A DNA stretch of 56,305 nucleotides from an uncultured virus (IMG/VR IMGVR_UViG_3300042446_001322) (IMGVR_UViG_3300042446_001322), one strand, 5' to 3'; positions 13,801 through 22,538 are shown, counted from the stretch's first letter. A program made the numbers and translations. Notes: a model not told the origin generated them from the letters alone.

Positions 13801-14803
13801 AAAAATATCAGACATGTTTAAGATATTACCTCTTATATCTGTTTTACAGAATGGAGTAGGTAACACTAAATATGGTCTTAGTTATGTTCTTCCTGATACT
13901 ACATACTTTGAAATAGTAGAACCAGCATCTAGAGAATTTATTTCTAATAAGATGAATACATCTACTTTTGATAAAATTGCAGCTATGATGATTGCTAATG
14001 ACCCTAATGTAAATAATTACATTGATGGTTCAATTATATTTAAACCTACTACTCAACCATCTACTCAACAACAAGCTCCAGTAGGTAAAGTTTTTGATTA
14101 TAATTATAAAATACCTTATGAAAAACTTAAAGCAGTCATACCGGCTAGTAAATTTAATTCATTATTTATTAAAATTGAGGATTTACTAAATAATTATAGA
14201 ATTAGTAAAGATGTACTTGATACTGTTCTTACTAAAAGCTCAGATAAAATGAAAGGTTTAATATTACTTATAGAAAAGCGATTTAGAAATGAAAATCTTA
14301 TATATGGTACACCTGAATTTGATTTAAATATATGGGAAGAAAATAGAAATTACCTTTCAACTCTACTACATGCTGAACTTAAAAAGATTTATCCAAATTT
14401 ACCTGCACTTGAAAAAATACAAACAGTTGCAAAAAGACAAGCTTCAGTAACTGAAGAAGAACCAGATGGACAAACTGGAGAAGGCACAACTGAAAATCCA
14501 GTACCAGAAGAAAGAAATATAATAGTAAATCAATATACTTTCACAATTAAACCAGATGGTAAAATATATTATGGTAACGGTAAAGAATTAACTGAACAAA
14601 CTATTAAAAATAAAGTGTATATTAGAAAAGAATTACAAGATGGTACATTAAGAGTGTCTACCTTTGATAAAAAAAATTATTATGTGCTTTCAGATAATAG
14701 AATAATTGATTCTGGAAAAACTGTAGGTGATGAATCTGTATTAAATTCTTTAACTAAAGAAAGAATATTAGAAGCAGCTTCACTTTATAAAAAATCTTGT
14801 TAA
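4886..14803 (+). CDS. Virion-packaged two-barrel DNA-dependent RNA polymerase (phi14:2 gp66-like) fused to a zincin-like domain
   Basis: 3305 aa. RIPVQG...SGADYDVDKL gives the catalytic DxDxD (11792-11806). DGQGY motif. HEAWH...EEIIAEDF zincin motif (7406-7420). Architecture typical of crAss-like phages. Confidence 0.88.
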   Translation: MVNCSLSPTQVENLYKLIYKQMLNSLEDNSFNQEAFMTDLFEKIEQKADINTASTFLQVVPVLMKEALEQDELGNVNFDLNINRELINNFKNTENGLFKTLKYFKPEATLADLEISMEIEKGIINTPESDQGDELTDILNDPFRWQADDALTSTMQELSTRKPDEKDTGAKEKKDPNKERIYRAIRKIKEKGVRKEGGPELIYQGKVLKLKTVKLLSLNAKNLLDKTTVAFVIKSNSIVDQGTSLEDVTPAKDIIALVVTDENGVELFFDENGNISTKEEGGQIVYQFLRDVRTEKDSNKLRVTDIYGLEDRILSPAELIEKDAHNSKMSMESYKKWLIDQGTTYEELLVAVDNKQQESFKELQNLRDDARADKPKLLNITDISAGITDVFFSETSTTLDDFLTSSKKTFEDLDLQINPDKFTAQVYVNDTYYTIDRPNLPEEYINQIAAVLVNPKLTNEQKNNFYLQFTNNNINRDKRKLLVFYDSVTKELTAKYRTKSSESAQLFDLSASGAEKIIIDSLLYESTYVKTNGETEIYATTMGYNKDLLISKGVSKFYTYDRTTDKLIAKSYKDFLNGLDLKVLKPDTEKNDKDKAVNNPYFQFRIDKDFIAETEEVKEATTSTPVDKIKETKDNLVAKLKVNKDLSGTIYSGKALTDATFEMMIDGVRVEGRYEDGKPIAGIKIGDPVTFIVNDVSPTITDVISIYKGDKKIGQVSQTDFTLKPKTPKATVTPQQKAAEKDKPLTNPDKVGQADDTTGISDAFDLNRSAKLPNNVTQEEITAAQEWWDNSPLSKLIKLEHMANIVNSDVYARFIIAGKRLEDTKIQLDTATGSSAVDLYHEAWHAFSQLYLTKDQKTKLYAETRKRLNNYDLSPIEVEEIIAEDFRDYAKNPQTIKDGPTRNSLFRKIWNFIKALFGKQNTKDELFEKLFFASKNPKLLNKYTPLVDNHMFNTLNRARGIVNTETKELVLNYQDSLKVSNQIDSALSQIIDEVYNDRLNKNINKVKDLAGNIVTVNKTGTIQILTIDKNKKEAYARIELRFNKRLDKFKTELETTPQEDFNKRSLLNNKIRIIEEALANWDNVLEFHKEHSTFDLIKQKYIEINEEETEIDEDKTGTEVVEESEAVSKSEVGEKSLLQLAEKETLYILKSLFKIVDGKQVEGPLGFPELVDFSKIWNTVTKVIGGEKNPVKMYLKLQEAIPFYPELAQLVNNKFPDPRNIKTLQEFNIKAAFWQDFKKPLIRYVQLTVDTDKETGNYKSEVTDASIEFKNIINSFKSAFNSSAETKYISKNENNKSALKLDTLIKAFPTTASIALPAQQIEFVNALGIGLQDLKSIKDELGSKDYSIFYIYQIAKAVDTLNKDSKLSNNEQKEFIKKFIDNPIDALYGKIPAGIYKTTTSEKAVIQNLAKLQSKYGNNYASFSVLNAEKKLVNEFTEDSSVTMIVDAINNVKNGRDLWMNKGYNYMSYLNPLINGFTEQSQLLKSIFEVEENTWARRGDAKLDLVMVSGTQIVNLDGANTTSLDVHSKYIQELNMMLKSGFQEFMRHASKSSSFGMKSNKLNLYVDIEKFKPGGDANQYAVDNIFLGYIQAELLRIQKIRGNKEEYKKYVGYNREIKSADGKTVLGMAGEFFTAFDNILTKDTKEEIIEKVKDGKLLDYLESDPKLKEDITEQVSAYFERQSADNKKDFQKSKWIDPALTNKLKVYELSTDDEETTLIKAHTMNAWIHNFETASLIYGDIVQYNHAKQELHKRNPGSTSGGRGFMDDLYTQNFLNSDLIKGTSYGAKLATMDEFGSDYAPFSYSNTYNTAIMQEVKRSSVYVKNIEKGLREDYKNRGLSQAEIDKRLLKELKPYKDMEEGDGQGYITIDAYRLLRLAEKNWSSEQEDLFQKVISGKEVSTEDITQIFPVYKLQHFGHLANTPLPVNAMHKFALMPLIPSLIVGSDLESLHHQMMKGNIQYATFQTGSKVGSVTSQLNKDGKAVADQIYDDNGAQKTLKSDIAFTPNTIYLAYLKNVTAVPIKLKGKTVFSTQLRKLIIEGLYENGKLVNQEYAPFVKAYEDAVNGYTEILKTELLNEIGYEYKDGKYVSGNITKFMDVVQRELTRKDLPEHLIDYIQVGSNNVLTKDLSLHMLSGDIEKMITSLVEKRIIKQKVKGEALVQVASSLTNGLWDSGFKFEKAQTAEIEKYLGTNNLPFYNPGENGNTSAMKVAIALQGDFKNLLKLKDLDGVEIGTRERLNVLIKNDEWLNKGNNRKSVTLSAVRIPVQGMNSMEFMEVYEFLDPAAGSIIIPPSEIVAKSGADYDVDKLTTFMPNIDENGNYVTSNISEETLKKLIANAESKGDKAEVVKLIALQKKAIENRLIDSIRGILQLPDNYATLVRPNETYLMKDIADELVDSSPEYGRYKTISPTNTLEVGYNLAKHDYNMTGKDVLGIIALENALHPLYTALGAALPKTYYGSVKNKRTKKYEDDKSIIYDMRLLLDHNKTEDGRISLSGINSVDGQDKIADLFSHLMNGSVDVEKDAWIFFIQANKELIPMLLNLLKAGVPKRQAVYFISQPLVKEYANQQRLYASTYANLTGKETLPDENAKYNALQATLKQTDISQAIFKANENRLNNTLDNLNPNTIIKVKPKNNKDSFEITVKEFKKFITEGEIKLDYTDALLDIKGNVIFKSIIADPNNAFYHPMSTPNYKDVVLAATEGMDKFTTADLKETMESNDTTSPKAIAMFLHYLEYERQIKDMADLKRQSNPDTATSKTIQEIMQRKIGLDILSRSSKIDQDLVRKLREESILGSFFDNVITQDLVEPLFPLTDDKRVSDYLLNYINNNNIPLKFGEGADGITNFITSFKQAMVNYIYQNRLNEIITTKESFPGVPELFNSLNHQAYVTRFMSMISENTHLKELYSVLEQITDVPVNIFDSKTKQIKGQISVLTLNNKPVVKGALSDSYHQNLIDLADENVIKVKDPVKNKKISDMFKILPLISVLQNGVGNTKYGLSYVLPDTTYFEIVEPASREFISNKMNTSTFDKIAAMMIANDPNVNNYIDGSIIFKPTTQPSTQQQAPVGKVFDYNYKIPYEKLKAVIPASKFNSLFIKIEDLLNNYRISKDVLDTVLTKSSDKMKGLILLIEKRFRNENLIYGTPEFDLNIWEENRNYLSTLLHAELKKIYPNLPALEKIQTVAKRQASVTEEEPDGQTGEGTTENPVPEERNIIVNQYTFTIKPDGKIYYGNGKELTEQTIKNKVYIRKELQDGTLRVSTFDKKNYYVLSDNRIIDSGKTVGDESVLNSLTKERILEAASLYKKSC

Positions 14804-14813
14804 TAATAATATT

Positions 14814-15572
14814 ATGGCTTGTAAACTACAAATTAAAGAAGATTTAAATAAAGAAATTGATAAAAAACTAGGTGGGTATAGAGATACTACACATAGTGAC
14901 TTTAATGCTGAAAGAATCTTAAAAGATATTAATAATGAATATCCTAAACTAGCTAGTAAAAGTGTTTTTGATAAAGATATAGTTGTAATAAACATTTCTG
15001 AAAAAGTTCTTGATAGTATTGTTGATGAAAAATATAATGCTCAATTACAAATAGAAGAAGAGTTAGCAATGATGTCTGGTGAAGTAGATTTTGATGAAAG
15101 AGATATTAGTTTTTATAATGGTGATGAAGCTTTATTTGATCAGGAAAATAGAGAAGAAGCAGAAATAGAAGTAGATGAAGAATACATAGAAGAATACCCT
15201 ATTCAAACTGAATATAAAAAAGAATTTGAGAAGACTGGTAAAAAACCAAAATCAGTTATAATTGGTGGTTCAAAAGCTATTTTAAATAATAATGATACAT
15301 ATGATATAACAGATTTATCAGGTAAAATAGTATTATTAAAAAATATTGACCTAGATACTATGGAATTAGTAGAAGAACCAGTATCTTTAAAACCATATAA
15401 TCAAAAAGCATTTAATTCTTTTGTAAATGATACTATGTTAAATCTATTTACAGAAGAACAACTTGCTTATAAAGGTATTGACATTAATGATATATTTGAT
15501 GAATTAGAAGTAATTACTACTGAATCTGAGTTAGTCAAAATAATGGTTAAAGTACTTAAAAATTTGTGTTAA
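14814..15572 (+). CDS. Acidic hypothetical protein in cargo/RNAP operon
   Basis: 252-aa ORF tightly packed between giant genes. Cys at residue 3 and at the last residue. Confidence 0.7.
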   Translation: MACKLQIKEDLNKEIDKKLGGYRDTTHSDFNAERILKDINNEYPKLASKSVFDKDIVVINISEKVLDSIVDEKYNAQLQIEEELAMMSGEVDFDERDISFYNGDEALFDQENREEAEIEVDEEYIEEYPIQTEYKKEFEKTGKKPKSVIIGGSKAILNNNDTYDITDLSGKIVLLKNIDLDTMELVEEPVSLKPYNQKAFNSFVNDTMLNLFTEEQLAYKGIDINDIFDELEVITTESELVKIMVKVLKNLC

Positions 15573-15590
15573 TTAAAAATTCTAAACAAT

Positions 15591-18500
15591 ATGTATTGCC
15601 CAATTAAAACCAGCAAAGAATATGTAAAAATACTTAACTCAGTAAATGGAAATGATACTAGAGCTGAAGAAGAATGGATTAAACAAGGTTTTGCTAATAA
15701 TAAAGATTTAAATTATATACCTGATGAATTAACTGATAATGCTGAAGTAAAAAAAGATGATATATCTACTATGGTGGATAGTATTTGGGGATATTTAGAA
15801 AAACAATTAAAAATACTTCAAGGTCAAAAATTAATTAATCAAGAAGAAAAAGAAGAAAGACAAAAAAAATTAATTGAAGAATTTAGACATCTTGAAGGTA
15901 TTAATTCTATTAACATGTTTGTTAAAGACAGTTATGAAAAAGCTTTAGAAATTGAAAAATTAATGAAAGCTATCATTAATAAAAAAGATGATGGCACAGA
16001 TGATTTTAAAAAAAATCAAATTGCTGAACTTACTAAGTTAAATAATTTTGCTAGTGGTTATAGTATTCTTGATGAAATTTCTAAAGCTGATATATATAGT
16101 TTTTTTACTGCAAAAGAAGGAGAAGAACAAGTCTCTGAAGAAACTGGTAAAACTATAAGAGAAATGTTAACAGATGCAATCTCAATAAAAAAAGCAGTTA
16201 AAGAACAATATATAAGACAGGGTATACCATTAATGGCCTCATTTTTACTTAATTATAAAAATTTAAATTTAGATGAAGCAATTGATAATGAAGTAAATGC
16301 ATTAATAAAAAAATTAGAAGCTGAAAAAACATCTGCAAATGCTAATGATAAAAAAATTAAACAGATAACAGATAGAATTACTAAATATAGATCTTTTACA
16401 CAGACTCAAGAGTCAATGGAAGATTTATTAAAATTTGCTGCTAAAGATGAAGGTTCAATGGAATTTTGGTTTGGACCATTAATAACTAATGCAGATGCTT
16501 CATTAGGTTTATTTGCAAGAGCAGTTAAAACAGAATTTGAAAGTGCAAGACAATTGGATATAGATATAGCAAAACTTGCAGGTAAAGCATTTACAAAATA
16601 TAAAGATAGTCAAGCAGAAAGCAGAGACAATCCAGCTAAGTTTAATGAAGGTTTATATGAAGTATTATCATCTTATAGTACAGATAAGAATGGTGAACCT
16701 GTTATTACTAAAAAAATGGCTTTTGTACAAAAATACCGTATGAGTGATTATAATAAAGAGTTAAATAAAATATATACTAATCCAATTAAAGGTACTGATC
16801 TTTCACCTGCTCAATTAAGAGCAAAATCTGATTATGAAGCTAATAAAACTACTATAATAAGAGACTGGTATGCTGAGAATGCACAAAAGAAAAGTGATGC
16901 AGAAATTGATAAAATTCTTGCTGAAAAAAATAAATTACTAAATTCTGGTGCTTGGAATCAAAAAGATTATGATAAATGGCATAAATCTGTTTTAAAAATC
17001 TTAGATAATGGTACTAAGATTTATATGAAAGAATTTAGTGAGCCAGCTGATAAATATCTTAATAAAAAATGGGAAGCTTTGTATGATAAAAATGATAAAC
17101 CTAAAAATGCTAAAGGGGAATACCATTCATTTTTATTAAATCTATATCTTGATGCTCAAGAAAAAGTACCAGATACTCAAAAAATGGGTTATGTTTTACC
17201 ATCAATACATAAACGTACTATAGAAAGAAGTAGTATTAAAAGTGTTATAAAAGATAAATTTGAAGATGCAACAACTATAAGAGGAGATGAACCTGAATTT
17301 GGTGTTTCAGATTTATCTAATGAAAGTGCAAAGTTTATACCCGTATACTATACTCAAGATATGGATGCTGATGAAGTAAGTTTAGATTTAATAAGATCTG
17401 TAGAACTTTATTCTCAAATGGCAAATAAATATGAATCAGTAAATAATATCTCAGCAGAAACATCAATGTTTAAAGCCATTATAGGAGATAGAGAAGTTGC
17501 TGTAACTACTTCTAAAGATGTTAAAGTATTAGATGCACTTGCAAATAAACTTGGTATTAAATCTACTATTAAAAAACAAGGTGAAGCAAATTCTAAAAAA
17601 CATGTAGATGCATTTATAAATATGCAATTATATAATGAAATGCAAAAAGCTGAAGTAATTGGAAGTTATTCTATGGGTAAATTAACAAATCTTGCTTTAA
17701 GTTATTCTGCTATAACAAGTATTGCTGCAGATTTACTTAAAGGTGTTGCAAATAATTTACAAGGTAATATCCAATTAATTATTGAAGCTAACTCATCTGA
17801 ATTTTTCAGTAGAAAAGATTTAAGAAAAGGTAAATTGTATTATGCAAAAAATGTAACCTCATTTCTTTCTGATTTTGGTAAACCAACACCTGATTCATTA
17901 GTAGGTAATCTTGTAAATCATTATGACCCAATGCAAGGTAACTATAAAGATCAGTATGGTAAAAATGTTTCAGGTAGTGTATTTGCTAAGTTAATGAGAA
18001 CAGATACACTATTCTTTAATCAGCATTTTGGTGAGCATGAGATACAAGTATCTGCAATGTTTGCATTAATGGAAGCAACTAAAGTAACTGATACTAATAC
18101 TGGAGAAACAATTTCTCTTTTAGATGCATATACTAAATACGGCATTAAAGAACTTGATAAAAATACAGATTTCAATAATACAAAGAAACTTGACTTACAA
18201 AATAGAATACATGCAATAAGTAAAAAATTACATGGTGTCTATAATGATTTTGATAAAGGTACTGCACAAAGATATTCAGTAGGTAGATTAGCTATCATGT
18301 ATAGAAAACATCTTATACCTGGTTATAAAAGAAGATATGGTAAACTTCAAGTAGATCAAGAACTTGGTGCTGTAACTGAAGGTTACTATATAACTTTTTA
18401 TAATACAATGTTAAAAGATTTGGCTAAGCTGAAACTTAATATGATGCAGAACTGGTCAACATATACACCTTTTGAAAAAGCACAAATCAAAAGAGTAATG

Positions 18501-18905
18501 GCTGAAACAGTAATCATATTTGGAACAACTGCTTTTATAATGTTATTAATGCATGCTTTTGGTGATGATGATGATGAGAAAAAAGGATATGTATACAATT
18601 TTATGTTGTATGAATTATCTAGAATGCAATCTGAAACTGCATCATATATATCTCCTCAAGATGCTTATCGTACTGTTAAATCTCCATCAGCTATGGTTAG
18701 TACAATAGAAAGAATGACAAAATTTGTTGATCAATTTTTATTTACATGGAGTCCTGAAAAATTAAGTTATCAAAGAAAAGAAGGTGTATGGAATAAAGGT
18801 GATAATAAATCTTGGGCATACTTTCTTAAACTAATGGGTTTCTCTGGATATAATTTTAATCCAGAAGCAGCAGTTAAATCATTTAAAGCTACACTATTAA
18901 AATAA
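15591..18905 (+). CDS. Large virion cargo/ejection protein with hydrophobic segment near C-terminus
   Basis: 1104 aa, predominantly helical composition. TM-like VIIFGTTAFIMLLMHAFG. Last large gene of the operon. Confidence 0.6.
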   Translation: MYCPIKTSKEYVKILNSVNGNDTRAEEEWIKQGFANNKDLNYIPDELTDNAEVKKDDISTMVDSIWGYLEKQLKILQGQKLINQEEKEERQKKLIEEFRHLEGINSINMFVKDSYEKALEIEKLMKAIINKKDDGTDDFKKNQIAELTKLNNFASGYSILDEISKADIYSFFTAKEGEEQVSEETGKTIREMLTDAISIKKAVKEQYIRQGIPLMASFLLNYKNLNLDEAIDNEVNALIKKLEAEKTSANANDKKIKQITDRITKYRSFTQTQESMEDLLKFAAKDEGSMEFWFGPLITNADASLGLFARAVKTEFESARQLDIDIAKLAGKAFTKYKDSQAESRDNPAKFNEGLYEVLSSYSTDKNGEPVITKKMAFVQKYRMSDYNKELNKIYTNPIKGTDLSPAQLRAKSDYEANKTTIIRDWYAENAQKKSDAEIDKILAEKNKLLNSGAWNQKDYDKWHKSVLKILDNGTKIYMKEFSEPADKYLNKKWEALYDKNDKPKNAKGEYHSFLLNLYLDAQEKVPDTQKMGYVLPSIHKRTIERSSIKSVIKDKFEDATTIRGDEPEFGVSDLSNESAKFIPVYYTQDMDADEVSLDLIRSVELYSQMANKYESVNNISAETSMFKAIIGDREVAVTTSKDVKVLDALANKLGIKSTIKKQGEANSKKHVDAFINMQLYNEMQKAEVIGSYSMGKLTNLALSYSAITSIAADLLKGVANNLQGNIQLIIEANSSEFFSRKDLRKGKLYYAKNVTSFLSDFGKPTPDSLVGNLVNHYDPMQGNYKDQYGKNVSGSVFAKLMRTDTLFFNQHFGEHEIQVSAMFALMEATKVTDTNTGETISLLDAYTKYGIKELDKNTDFNNTKKLDLQNRIHAISKKLHGVYNDFDKGTAQRYSVGRLAIMYRKHLIPGYKRRYGKLQVDQELGAVTEGYYITFYNTMLKDLAKLKLNMMQNWSTYTPFEKAQIKRVMAETVIIFGTTAFIMLLMHAFGDDDDEKKGYVYNFMLYELSRMQSETASYISPQDAYRTVKSPSAMVSTIERMTKFVDQFLFTWSPEKLSYQRKEGVWNKGDNKSWAYFLKLMGFSGYNFNPEAAVKSFKATLLK

Positions 18906-18910
18906 ACACA

Positions 18911-19045
18911 ATGACAGGTAAAACAACAGGAAGCGCAAGTGCTTCAGTAAAAGTATCAAGACCAGGTGTACACTCTAAGAATGGTACATCTAAGCTTAAG
19001 AAATCAAAGCTCTATAAGAAAGGTTATCGGGGGCAAGGCAAGTAG
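18911..19045 (+). CDS. Small very basic protein (44 aa, ends YRGQGK), not in ORF track
   Basis: MTGKTTGSASASVKVSRPGVHSKNGTSKLKKSKLYKKGYRGQGK. Starts 5 nt after the previous stop and ends just before a terminator. Confidence 0.7.
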   Translation: MTGKTTGSASASVKVSRPGVHSKNGTSKLKKSKLYKKGYRGQGK

Positions 19046-19046
19046 G

Positions 19047-19083
19047 AAAAAAAAAGGAGAGAACCGTTATGGCTCTCTCCTTT
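19047..19083. terminator. Bidirectional intrinsic terminator between convergent modules
   Basis: A-run + GGAGAGAACC-gttat-GGCTCTCTCC + TTT. Confidence 0.75.
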
Positions 19084-19119
19084 AAGTTTAAATCTTTATT
19101 ATTTAAATATATCAAGTTT

Positions 19120-19148
19120 AAAAAAGGAGATACATTGCTGTACCTCCT
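19120..19148 (-). terminator. Intrinsic terminator for the replication module
   Basis: AAAAAA + GGAGATACA-ttgc-TGTACCTCC. Confidence 0.6.
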
Positions 19149-19192
19149 AATTGATATATTTGTTTAACTATACTCCCTTGGAGCAAGTGCTT

Positions 19193-20455
19193 TTATAGGA
19201 AGAACTCTCCTCCTAATGTGTCATCATCAGTATCATCTAGATTAAAATCAAAATTAAAATCATCATCTTCTAGTATACCTTTTGCTATAACTTTAATTTC
19301 TCTTTTATCTAACTTTTCTTGTAGTTGTATAAGTTCCTCAGCTTCAGCAGGTTTAACCTCTTCTACTTCAAGTGTTTCTTCAAGTGCTATTTTCTCAGCA
19401 TTTGGTATTCTTATTAGAATATCATCTAAAGATAATCTTTCTGGTTCAACTAATTCAGGTTCACCTTCTATTGCAGCTACTCTAGCATTATACTCTTCAT
19501 CAGACTCAATGTGAATCTCAATATCATCAACTATAGGTGCTTCAAAAGTATTACCTGCTGGATCTTCATAGAATAGAACATCTCTTTCAGCTTCTTCCCT
19601 TTCTTCAACAACTTGTAATAACTCAGCATCTACTTCAGCTTTTTCAATCTCAGTAAGAATGTTTAACTGATTCTCAGGTTGACCATAGTTTAACTCTAAT
19701 GGATCTACAGAAACTAATTCTGCATCTTCAACAAAGTTAATTAAATCAAATTCAAATGCAATAAACCAGTGAAATTTTCTCTGGTCATCCATCCAGTCTC
19801 TTGGATGTGATTTCTTCAATGCATAAGTAACATGATTATAAAATGCCCACAATGAATTTATCTCACAGTTGTAGTCATAACCTGGTTTATCCATTTGTTG
19901 TTTTACAATAGATATCTGCTCATTAGTAAGAAGTTCATACTCTGCGTATAATACACCCAATAATTCAGCTTGTTTTCTTTCAGTAATAGTAATTTTCTTC
20001 ATTGTATCTTTATCAGCTACAATTCTGTCAAAGTATACATCTGCATTACTAATTTGCTCAATGATTGCTTTAACAGTTTCAGTGTCTGCAGTTCCAAGAT
20101 GTTTTCTTCCATATGAACCCATATCTCCGGCTACTACACCATTCATGCATATAAACACATAACCACCCATTGCACATTTAAATCTCATTAGTTTATTATA
20201 ACTATTAGACCATGCAAACATTAATCCTATCTCAGGATCTTTATCATAATTAATATAATATATACCTTGAGCAATAGAGCCATCAGAATTAGATCTGTAT
20301 GTTTCTTTTTCTACAGTGAAACCATGGAGAGTTAATTGCTCCATAGTATGATTAATAATAAATTCATGTGAGATAACAGTATATGACTCTGCATGATTTG
20401 GTAATGCTACACTAGTTAAATATTCTTTTGTGCAGTCTTTAGTTCTTATTGCCAT
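19193..20455 (-). CDS. DUF932-like protein with long acidic C-terminal tail
   Basis: NSYN...GGYVFICMNGVV motif and SLWAFYNHVTY. The last ~170 aa are D/E-rich. Confidence 0.6.
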   Translation of the reverse strand: MAIRTKDCTKEYLTSVALPNHAESYTVISHEFIINHTMEQLTLHGFTVEKETYRSNSDGSIAQGIYYINYDKDPEIGLMFAWSNSYNKLMRFKCAMGGYVFICMNGVVAGDMGSYGRKHLGTADTETVKAIIEQISNADVYFDRIVADKDTMKKITITERKQAELLGVLYAEYELLTNEQISIVKQQMDKPGYDYNCEINSLWAFYNHVTYALKKSHPRDWMDDQRKFHWFIAFEFDLINFVEDAELVSVDPLELNYGQPENQLNILTEIEKAEVDAELLQVVEEREEAERDVLFYEDPAGNTFEAPIVDDIEIHIESDEEYNARVAAIEGEPELVEPERLSLDDILIRIPNAEKIALEETLEVEEVKPAEAEELIQLQEKLDKREIKVIAKGILEDDDFNFDFNLDDTDDDTLGGEFFL

Positions 20456-20456
20456 T

Positions 20457-22457
20457 TTAAAATAATTTTAATTGATTACTATTTGGTGCTAACTGGTTAA
20501 TTTCTTTATTGATTTTTTGTAAATAGAATTGCTTATTGATTAAATATTCATCAAAAGGTTTTTCTACATAGTTAATGAATACAGTTTGCATCCACTTACC
20601 ACTTTCAACTTGTATCTTTCTACCATCAGTTTTATTTGTCTTAATAATTTTAGACCCTTTCTCAGATATATAATATCTAATAGTCTGCTGTAGTTTTGTA
20701 GCTGAATACTCAGAGTTTTCTATTTTCTCTTCAATAAATTCCCAGTCACCTTTGATCTTAACTCCTCCACAATAATCATACACATTAGTCTGAGTAAGTA
20801 AAAAAGCTTCAGGTTTAATACCGTGTACAAAATGATAATATATTGCTCTTGGTATAATTAAAAAACTTTTATTCTTATGTAAGGCAAGATTATTAAACTC
20901 AAATCTACCTTTACACTTAGTTGCAGCATAATAGAACTTATCACCTTCTTCTTTAAAAAGATAATGCGGGTTCTCTTGCTTTACTTCATTATATTTATCT
21001 ATGTCTACAGGTTTGTAATCATGTATTGCTATATAGTTATTTACATCTCCAAGAATCATTTTACTATAAGTATCATGTTCTAATTGAAGATTAGTTATCT
21101 TTTCCCATCTATTGCAAATCTCTAGATATTTATCTTGATATTCTCTAGGTATAATAGTTTCTAGACCATCAGTATTTTGCATTAAAGGATATGCATCAGG
21201 AATCTCCTCACATATCATCTCATATAGCATGCATAAACTTAACTGGCCATTAATTGTAATTTGCATAGTAAACTCTGGGTCATACAGAAAACTATTAGCA
21301 TCATTACTTAATCCATAAGTTGAATTAAGAATAATCTTATATACATAATTCCTTACATCTTTTTTACTTATCTTTTTTCTTTCATTAAAGAACCATTCAT
21401 ATAACTCACAAAACTCTGCTTTTGGTAAATGTGCAGGAGACCAACCATTTCTGATTGCTAAGTTAGGATAATATGATACTACGTCACTTGTCATAATAAT
21501 AACATCTTTATCAGACTCATATATACCACTTTTCCTTGCACCGTGAATACCACCTAAACCAAAATCAGTTTTAACACCTTTATAATTCAGACTATATTTA
21601 AATCCTCCTTTTGTGTTTTCTGGATATACAATTATTTCATTAAATCTTGTTAATAGTTTTTGAAAAGTTGCAGTTTTAAATTCAGTATAATCAAGTATTA
21701 TATCTTTTACTGTAATACTTTCTCTTTTAGTTCTTAATTGTCTTAAGTCATATTTTTTAATACCGGTACTCTCACTCAAGAAATGTAAAAATAACTCTTT
21801 ACTAATTCTTGGCTCAGATGCACTGAATAAAGGAATGTTATACTCCTCAGTTAATGTCTTCCGTAAAGCAATTTGACTTTTACTAAGCATCATTATACGC
21901 TTAGTTGACTTTACATCATTCCAACAATAACCAATTATCTCATCAATCTGATCAAATGTGGTCACTTTGGTAGTATGGTGTATAGGCATATCCTGTATGC
22001 TTTCCCAATCCATACTATACTGAATCCACTTTAGTGAGCTTCTTTTAGCTGGATTATCCCAATGATTTAACTTAAAGACATCTACTTGCTTTATGCTCAT
22101 TGTCTTTTCATAAAAATCTAGAAATTCTCCACTACTTTGTTTATTGATTACATGCTGTGCTTTATCATATATCCAGTTAGCAATTTCACTACCTGACATA
22201 TAGGATAGACTTTCAGCATTCTGAATTATATATTCAGTTATCTGACCATCAAATCCTAATCCATTATAAGATACATGCCATTCATCATGTAATATATTTC
22301 TTTTAATAAATTGAATATAATCATCAAAATCATTTTGTAAATCATGTACAACAAATACATGTCTTTCATCTGATTTTATGCTTTCAAAGCATCCTATGAA
22401 ACAGTCAATCATAGTTTCATAATCCATTACCCAGTGGGTCTTAGCTGTTTCTCCCAT
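20457..22457 (-). CDS. polB: DNA polymerase family B
   Basis: Exonuclease motifs DYE and YNGLGFD. Polymerase motifs DVVSYYPN, KIILNSTYG and NTDG. Confidence 0.92.
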   Translation of the reverse strand: MGETAKTHWVMDYETMIDCFIGCFESIKSDERHVFVVHDLQNDFDDYIQFIKRNILHDEWHVSYNGLGFDGQITEYIIQNAESLSYMSGSEIANWIYDKAQHVINKQSSGEFLDFYEKTMSIKQVDVFKLNHWDNPAKRSSLKWIQYSMDWESIQDMPIHHTTKVTTFDQIDEIIGYCWNDVKSTKRIMMLSKSQIALRKTLTEEYNIPLFSASEPRISKELFLHFLSESTGIKKYDLRQLRTKRESITVKDIILDYTEFKTATFQKLLTRFNEIIVYPENTKGGFKYSLNYKGVKTDFGLGGIHGARKSGIYESDKDVIIMTSDVVSYYPNLAIRNGWSPAHLPKAEFCELYEWFFNERKKISKKDVRNYVYKIILNSTYGLSNDANSFLYDPEFTMQITINGQLSLCMLYEMICEEIPDAYPLMQNTDGLETIIPREYQDKYLEICNRWEKITNLQLEHDTYSKMILGDVNNYIAIHDYKPVDIDKYNEVKQENPHYLFKEEGDKFYYAATKCKGRFEFNNLALHKNKSFLIIPRAIYYHFVHGIKPEAFLLTQTNVYDYCGGVKIKGDWEFIEEKIENSEYSATKLQQTIRYYISEKGSKIIKTNKTDGRKIQVESGKWMQTVFINYVEKPFDEYLINKQFYLQKINKEINQLAPNSNQLKLF

Positions 22458-22495
22458 AATCCATATTCAGTTAAGCTGTTTCCCCCTATTTAGTT

Positions 22496-22528
22496 AAAAA
22501 CACAGAGCATCAGTAATGACACTCTGTG
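22496..22528 (-). terminator. Intrinsic terminator
   Basis: Minus strand: CACAGAGTGTCA-ttac-TGATGCTCTGTG-TTTTT. Confidence 0.7.
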
Positions 22529-22538
22529 AATTATTTAA

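Noticed and set aside
342..18598. Short minus-strand ORFs inside the giant genes
   Set aside because: Antisense shadows of long + strand CDSs, with no motifs.
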